This document shows, in pieces, positions 28,658 to 64,000 of a stretch of 64,000 bases of DNA (position 1 is its first letter; every line of letters starts with the position of its first letter). The DNA lies in NCBI GenBank assembly GCA_963693365.1, contig CAVNZM010000007.1:853979-917978 (forward strand), read 5' to 3'. Origin of the DNA: Amoebidium appalachense. Its lineage: Eukaryota; Protista; Ichthyosporea. Made by a program: the position numbers and the translations under genes. The notes beneath the pieces were generated by a model. That model saw only the letters and a list, made by a program, of their open reading frames with translations. It did no database searches and had not been told where the DNA came from.

Positions 28658-29387
28658 GGGGGGGAAAGGGGGGGGGGGGGATGGGGGGTTTCACGGTCTC
28701 CTTTTCCACACCCTCTTCCACATGTAGCACACCCTTGCACATGCACACACACACACCACACACGCTTACACCACGACACGTTCGCACCCAGTCACATACA
28801 CACACTGAAATGTGCACATATGCACACACACACACACACATTGTCACACGTCAACGTTTGACGATTGTCACGGATCCATTTGAAACAAAATGTTAAACCA
28901 GTTTAATAAGACGTCGTTATTATGTAGTACTAAAGTTTTAAAGGGCGAGCTCAAGCTCGCGTACGACGTGAGCACCGCTGAACTCAAAACAAACTTTCAC
29001 AATAAAAAAGAAAAACCCTGGAGACTTTTCGTAGACCCTCCCACTCTCCAGGACCCTTGAGTACGACGTCGTGACTTTACATTACGGGCGGCCCGGAAGG
29101 CTGCACGGGGCCCCCGCGCAGCAGCTAAGCAACGGTGACAGCACGAGGTGTCACTGAAAGATGATGAGAAATCAGATGTCATTCCTGGCGCCCTCTAGTA
29201 GCCTATCATGAGTCGATGATACGTATTGATAGCCTTGAACTCCGACCCCCCGCGCGGCGCTAGCAAGTCAATGGTTGAGCTGCCACCGTGACAACCTGAC
29301 ACGGTGGCCTCACTAACGCTGGGACACGTAGCAATCAAATAAGGTGTTAGCAGCTCTGCTTCGGCTTTTCTGAATCGGACGGGGCAT

Positions 29388-29435
<48 letters not shown>

Positions 29436-29506
29436 CAACCCACCCACCCACCCACCCAGCCCCCACCCTCCACCCCTAGGCCTCCCCCCCCGGGCCCCCA
29501 CACATG

Positions 29507-29613
<107 letters not shown>

Positions 29614-29719
29614 ACACACACACACGCACTGTGACAAGCACACACACACACACACACTACACACACACGCACTGTGACAAACACACACACACACACGCAC
29701 GACACATGTATACACAGTG

Positions 29720-29765
<46 letters not shown>

Positions 29766-29842
29766 TGTGACAAGCACACACACACACACACGCACTGTGA
29801 CAAACACACACACACACACGCACGATACATGTATACACAGTG

Positions 29843-29888
<46 letters not shown>

Positions 29889-29944
29889 CCTCCCCCCAAC
29901 CTCCCACCACCCATCCCTTCCCTCCACATTGCTTCCTCTGCCAG

Positions 29945-32593
29945 GCTCACCAAAAGTTGAGCCTGTACTCCCTTTCACTGCCTACACAGTGACAAACTCA
30001 GTGGGATGTGGCACACCGCTAACGGCTTTCTCCTCGTCCAAACCAGCTTATCTACCTGGGGGCAGCCAACTGAAGTGCCCCAGTTCGTGCGGATTCAATG
30101 GGCGCTGCAACTCAACCACTGGTACCTGCATGTGCATGCTCGGGTATACGCGCATCAATGCCACCACCTGCCTGGGTATGTCACAAGCCCCAGGGCCTTC
30201 ACGTTTTTGTTTGCCGGTCCGCCTCCCTACTTTGTACTCTTGAACGGTTTGAGGGTCAGCTTGACTTTGGCCATTTTTTTGTTGTCTCCTCTGGACCCGA
30301 TATATGTATGCTATAAGCATTGCCAACATTCTTGTTGCTCCCAACGTTATCCAGTCGTTCAAACAAGTCAGTTATTGCGCCCAATCCTCCCCACCTCCTC
30401 TCCCCCTCCCCGCTGGGCCCCCCCTCCCACCCCGGCATCCAAACTTTTTACGCCATAGCCAATTCCTCTGAAGTTCAGTTTCTTCTGAATCGGAGCCCTC
30501 TCCAAAATTTCCCTCACCGACAGCCTCCTAGGCCTCTAAGATTCTCCTCCCTCACAGCGGCAGAACCTCTGTGGCCCATTTTTGGCGATGATCATTCCCC
30601 CTCCTTCCAGACTCAGTGAACTTTTTCTTCCTCCCTACCAAGGCTTAGGCACCTTTATTTTTTTATTTTTTTTTACTTTCCCGGCGGAACCACCTTATTC
30701 CTGTATTCCCCCCCCCCTTCCCCCCTCCCCCCCCCCCCCTCCCCCCCCCCCCCCCCCCCTTCCCGGGGAGGGTGGGCCTGCAATGAATCCAATGTTGGCC
30801 ACGGTAGCACTCCTCCAACATCGTGACGCAAGCACGCTTTTTCTTTCTAACGGTGGGCCACATGTGCACTCTTGTTCAGACACCAACGAGTGCGCCAGTG
30901 CCGGGGTCTGCGGGTCCGGGGGGGTGTGCACCAACACAGCTGGGCCCTTCAGCTGCACATGCAACAGCGGATACACCCTTGGAACAAATGGCACATGTGT
31001 GTGTCCCTCCGGCTACACCGACGCAGACCCGGCAAACCCGGGGTGCACATTCAATGTCAACGAGTGCCAGGGATCTCCAAACATGGCATGTGCAACCACG
31101 CCAAATTCTACGTGCATTGACACCCCCGGGAGCTATTATTGCGCTGTTATCACCGCCACCACCGCCATTACCACTCAAGTTACCACCACCATCGCCACCA
31201 CAACTGCAACTACCACTCAAGTTACCACCACCATTGCGACCACCACTCAAGTTACCACCACCATTGCGACCACCACTCAAGTTACCACCACCATTGCGAC
31301 CACCACTCAAGTTGCCACTACCACTCAAGTTACCACCACCACCACCACCACCACCGCCACCACCACCGCCACCACTACTCAAGTTGCCACCACCACCGCT
31401 ACAACCACACAATGGCAAGTTACCACCGCCACCGCTACCACCACCATCACCGTTCAAGGAACGGCCGGCACCCCGGCCACCACCACTCAAGTTACCACCT
31501 CTATCGCCACCACCACTCAAGTTACCACTTCTACTGCCACCACCACCGTAACTGTTAAAGAAACGGTCGCCGCCGCATCTTCCGGTAGCTCAACGTCAAC
31601 TGCCGGCGTGTCTACCCAGTCACTTTCAGGTGGGCAAAGCACCTGCCCCGTTGCTGGCACTTTCTTTAACATGTCCGTGCCGTTGAAGCTTCCGGAACAT
31701 CCACCATGCAGCCGCGGGCGGTTGAGTTGTTTTGGTTGAACGCTGCAGCTATCTTCTGTCTGCATTTGCGGCCCCCACGGTATGGCCTGACACTGTATGC
31801 GTGTGATTGCCTTAGGGTGGCCTTCCAGCCCAACTAGAGCCTCGGTAGAAAAATTATAATATTATGAAATGATCTGTGGCATTTGATTTTTTTTAGAAAG
31901 AGGTTAGTAGGAAAGTACTTCGACCGGCGAGTCAGTGGCACACGAGGTGGCGCAGGAAATGCAACATGGGTCTAAGTAGGTGGCGGTGGGGCAGTTGTGC
32001 TTACCTTTTTTTTGAGTGTAATTTAGTTGTATTCATTGAAGTTATCGATAGTAGCAGTTGCTTTCATCATGCAAAGCGGAAAGAACCAGTCCTGAGCACT
32101 ACCTTGGAAACAACATTCCTACGTTCAGTAAAGTTACCGTGGCCCAATGTTTACGCTCTGAAAAGTGCACTGCACGTGACTACGGTAGTGTTGTATATCG
32201 CCAAAGCGGGCCGGGCTCATTCTGCTCTGAAATAAATCATTCTTCGAGCAACTATTAAGGCAGCCACACTTACGTTTGGGCCACGCCACCATGCCGTCCA
32301 CCACAGAGCCCACAGCGTCCACCAGTGGAGTCCTGACCATCTCCGGTGAGATGCGCGCATGCCCCGCCATGCTGACTGCCGCCGAGTGTGCTCAGTTTAT
32401 CGCCGTGAATGGGCCATGCACAACAAATTTTTCCTACCCTGTTGTGGTGAGCAGCGGTACTCTTGTGGCTGCAGACGCGGCAGCGGGGGGTGGGACGGTG
32501 CGGTGCAACTGGGAGACAGTATCGTACAGCGGCAAGCAAAGCCCGGTACAGGGAGGGTCGCTGGTGGTTGACCAGTGCTTAGTGCACGGCTGA
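29945..32593 (+). CDS. Calcium-binding EGF-domain protein with Thr-rich mucin-like stalk; incomplete model or pseudogene
   Basis: Exon 29945-30175 (CPSSCGFNGRCNSTTGTCMCMLGY) splices in phase 1 to 30880-31629 (DTNEC...CTNTAGPFSCTC; NVNEC...CIDTPGSYYC; then TTTQVTTTIA repeats). A Cys-containing ORF at 32276-32593 may be the 3' exon but does not join directly in frame. No start codon or signal peptide was found. Confidence 0.65.
31150..31550 (+). repeat. Coding Thr-rich tandem repeat, ~30-nt unit ACCACCACTCAAGTTACCACCACCATTGCG
   Basis: Near-identical central units flanked by degenerate ones, encoding TTTQVTTTIA. Confidence 0.85.
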
Positions 32594-33592
32594 CTGGTGT
32601 TTTAACCCGGATATGCGGGCCGGTGGTGACTGGCTCATCACGCTGGCATCATCGGATGTGTGGCTGGCCGTGGATCCAACAGTCACTTAAGACGCATACT
32701 ATTAGTATGTTATCATGTTGTGTGTTTATGTATGTGGGTGTGTGTGCGTGGGGTGGAGGGGGCGGGGAGCCGGGGGGGGGGGGGAGGGGGGGGGGGGAGG
32801 GGTAAGAACAGTCACGGATTCAACGGTCACTATACTCAAAAATTAAATATTGATAAAACTTAATAACTTAAATACTGTAGTAATTAGTCCCGTACCGACA
32901 TGATGATTCATGATGGCAGTACACACGGTTGCTCACTGAGTTACCGAATAAATGATTCACGATGACGGTACACACGGCTGCTTAAGTTTATAATCGATAT
33001 CATAACTGGCCACATGTTTCAACAAGTTGACAGTTGGCAATGCTGAAGGGGCATCATGCACCGAGCCTACTGTACAGTTAGCTTGGAGAGCGAGTGGGGG
33101 CCTGCCAGTCCACCAAGAAAGTGGTACCCTCGTCGCGCCCCTGGCGGGGAGGGAGGGGGAGGGGGAGGGGAAGGGGGAGGGGGAGGGGCCGGGGCCGCGG
33201 GAAGGCGCCCAACACCCGGAAGTTGCAGAAGGTTTCACTTGCATTCCCCGGCCGGCCCACCCGGTCCCCCATATGGCCACCCACCCAGGAAAAAAAAAAA
33301 AAAAAGATAAAGAAGGAAAAATGTATCTTCTTTCTGCACATTTTTTTTTATCATTTTTTTTTTCTTAGAAAGTTAAGCTTTGGGGGGGGTGTACAGGGGG
33401 AGGGGAGGGTAACCGTTGTGTTTGTCTTTTGGTGTCTTCTCCTCCATACTTCCACTGGCCCCAAGCTGAGTCCGAGTACACCTCCCCCCCCGCCCCTCCT
33501 CCTCCGAGCTCCCTCCCTCTCACCCCCTTCACCCCCTCCCCCAGGGTCTCCCCCCCTCCCCCCCTCTACCCCGGCCCCCCCCCCCTCCCCCC

Positions 33593-33624
<32 letters not shown>

Positions 33625-33817
33625 CCCCAAAAAAAAAAAAAAGAAGAAAAGAAAAAGAAAAAGAAAGAAAGAAAGAAAGAAAGAAAAGATTTTTTTTGTG
33701 CCTTCTGCCTGTCTTTTTTTTTTTAAGCAGGTTTCACGGGGGTTCGACGGCCGGGGGTGACATTTTGTGTTTGTCTTTTGGTGTCTTCTCTTCCATCAAC
33801 CAGGCCTCCGGGTAGCG

Positions 33818-33859
<42 letters not shown>

Positions 33860-33917
33860 AGCTCCCCACCTCTCATCCCCGGCTTCGCTCCATCCCCCAT
33901 TCCCCTTCCCCCTGGAA

Positions 33918-33948
<31 letters not shown>

Positions 33949-34235
33949 AGTTAATAATAATAATGAGACCGGATTAATATTAGAATTGCACGCACACGTC
34001 CGTGCATGCTTGTTTTTTTAAGCTTATTCTTCAATTTCAATTTGTGCACGTGAACGTTCAGAAGTAAACAAAGTTTTGGTTTTGATTTTGGAGAGTCACT
34101 CACAGAATGGCGCATAGTGATTAATAGGCGGCCCAGCGTGGTGGTTGTTTTGGTTTTTTGGTTTTCAAGTCACAAGTTCAAGGAGGCTATCGCGCGCACT
34201 GCGGCACCACACACACACACGCGCGCGTGCACACA

Positions 34236-34296
<61 letters not shown>

Positions 34297-34582
34297 TACA
34301 CACACACAAACACGTGTACACCCACACCCAGCCACCCACACCCGCACCCACACACCCACACGCATGCACGCACGCACACACCCACACCACACACCCACAC
34401 GCACACACGCACGCGCGCACACACTCTGTGGCACACACACACACACACATAAACACACTGTGACACACACACACACACACACACACACGCACCCACACAC
34501 ACACACACACACATAAAACACACACACACACACCACACGCTTAACACAAACCGCCACGGTATCACACACGTCATGGTGGTCG

Positions 34583-34608
34583 GACGTCACCACGTGACTC
34601 CGAGTCAC
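34583..34608. promoter_or_regulatory. Candidate transcription-factor site cluster upstream of the RalGPS-like gene
   Basis: GACGTCA (34583), CACGTG (34591) and the palindrome GTGACTC-C-GAGTCAC (34594-34608) lie within 26 bp, about 1.5 kb before the predicted ATG. Confidence 0.3.
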
Positions 34609-34722
34609 CACATTGTTTTCTGGTTTCCCCGGGCCGGAGCTTTCAAGGTAGCGCCCCTCCCCCCCCCCCCCCCCCCCCCCCTCCCCCCCCCCCCCCCCCC
34701 CCCCCTTCCCCTCCCCCCTCCC

Positions 34723-34770
<48 letters not shown>

Positions 34771-36112
34771 ACCACCACCACCACCACTGCAAACCGCTGA
34801 CCCAACAAACGCACAAACACACACACACACGCACACACAAATTCGGGAAGAAAAAACAATTCCGTTCTGAGCCACCAGAAGTAATTACGAACAACAGAAC
34901 CAAAAGCACAGCCGCCCAAACAAACAAACAGAAAAACAAACATATAAACAAACAATCAACCAAATTTAAACAACCAAAAACGGGGAAAAAGGGCAGTGTG
35001 TCCGATGCAAGCAGTGCATGTTGAAACTTTGCAATTTAACGCAGCCTTGAAAGAAGCTCAGCGGTGGCAAAAGTATGTGTATTTACGTACCAAGAATACA
35101 GGCTGCAGCTGCAATAACTAGTACCTATATATTGTTGCCACAGTCACAACAGTGAACCTCGTGTAACTACAGAACGTGTTGCCGGAGGATCCCTGAAAGC
35201 AAGAGCTATGCACCCGAGCACGAGGCTCAAAACGCAATAGTAATAAAGTATATACATACGATGATACGTGCATCACCACTCAGCTCAGTTCACAAGTTTG
35301 TGCATAGCTATAGGCTGGCAGTGCAGTAAATGTACACGAACGGTCATTTTATCCGCACCCCAAGATGGTCGTTAAAGAAGCAACATTGCTAACCTGCACT
35401 GGATTGGTTAGTTGGTCAGGTCATCTGGTCAAGTCTACATGTGTATTATAAGATCAAGTCACAGAGGCGTGGGTTTCTCTTTTGCTAATAAACCGGTAAA
35501 TGAAAATGTTGCCATGCACAATTTATAAGGTTCTTTAAAGCAACTTATATACTTTCGGTTGGCCTTTAAAAAAATGCCCAGCTTTCCTAAACCGCACAGG
35601 CGAGGGCAAGTTGTAGCAATCTTGGCACACTTGAAATAATGGCTACGCATTGGACAAATATCATTCACCATGCTATTGTGGAATTTATTCATCCCCAAAT
35701 GGTAAACAGTAATGAATTATAATTGGATTAGCGGTTTTGTTGTCCTAGAATGGAATGAGCATGTAACGTGCAGATGAATCATCAACCCCACACTGTGTCT
35801 CCAAGTTTTGTTTTTGTTTTGCTGGGGCGAAAAACTCTTTTTTTCCCACTTGGCTAGGACTTTTCCTTCTCTAAATTGGCTCACATAATGGAATACTGCC
35901 AGTAATATTCATAGCATGCTAGTTTTTCCTCAGTTATATTGTTTTTTTTTTCCCAACAGCAAACGCGAGATCAACAACTTCAAAATACACACACAACTGT
36001 AAATAGCCGTAGTATATGTGTAGGAGCCGTCTGAGCAGGGGAACTTCACCATGCACTCCCACCATTTACATCCTCAAACGTACACCTAGCCGGTAGAAAA
36101 GGCTCAGCAGCG

Positions 36113-63631
<27,519 letters not shown>

Positions 63632-63771
63632 GTGGGTGGATGTGTGTGAGTGGGATGAAGCCGAGATGGTGGACACGCGTGTGTTCGTGTGTGTTTTTTT
63701 TTTGGGGGGGGGGGGTGGGGGGGGGGGGGAGGGAGGGAGGGAACACCTTTGGGTGGGTAGTGTGTGGGTGC

Positions 63772-63803
<32 letters not shown>

Positions 63804-64000
63804 ACCAATGGTTGCTATGGCATGTTGCATGCGGACGGTACACACACACACACACACGCACACGCACACACACACACACAAACGACATTTGAAGAAATGC
63901 TGGGGTAAACGGATGAAAAAATGTGTGTGTGTGCAAGGGGAGAGAGGGGGGGGGGGGGAGGGGGGGGGGGGATGGGCTGCTCCTAGGGCTGCCTCTGACA

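Noticed and set aside
32898-32985. C/D box snoRNA or regulatory repeat
   Set aside because: The boxes are only about 40 nt apart; better explained as a short local duplication (ATGATTCA(T/C)GATG...GTACACACGG twice).
34980-35960. Hidden gene in the microsatellite-free stretch (ORF 35459-35698, minus strand)
   Set aside because: No recognisable protein motif or consistent exon chain; probably 5' UTR or regulatory sequence of the RalGPS-like gene.

Overview
Eukaryotic, intron-rich genomic DNA whose introns are saturated with (CA)n/(GT)n and poly-C/poly-G tracts; most ORFs in the supplied track are microsatellite translations. The gene content suggests a holozoan-type opisthokont (inference only). 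Hand splicing at GT-AG sites gives: UBE2S (-), divergent from COPE (+); a classical SDR (-), divergent from an LCAT/PLA2G15-like alpha/beta hydrolase (+); an incomplete Ca-binding-EGF/Thr-rich gene (+); and a very large RalGPS-like CDC25-plus-PH gene (+) of about 2,950 aa that runs off the right edge. Non-coding elements are a Harbinger-like MITE, a perfect 15x47-bp intronic minisatellite, and a 453-bp intronic tandem array with dispersed relatives. The most notable observation is that each 453-bp unit carries all three hammerhead-ribozyme core segments (GUU, GAAA, CUGAGGA), each abutting a matching stem partner, but in an order that is not type I, II or III. A nested fold needs two adjacent units, so this is a candidate permuted, dimer-dependent retrozyme-like element. 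It is untested. All exon models were read by eye without transcript data.
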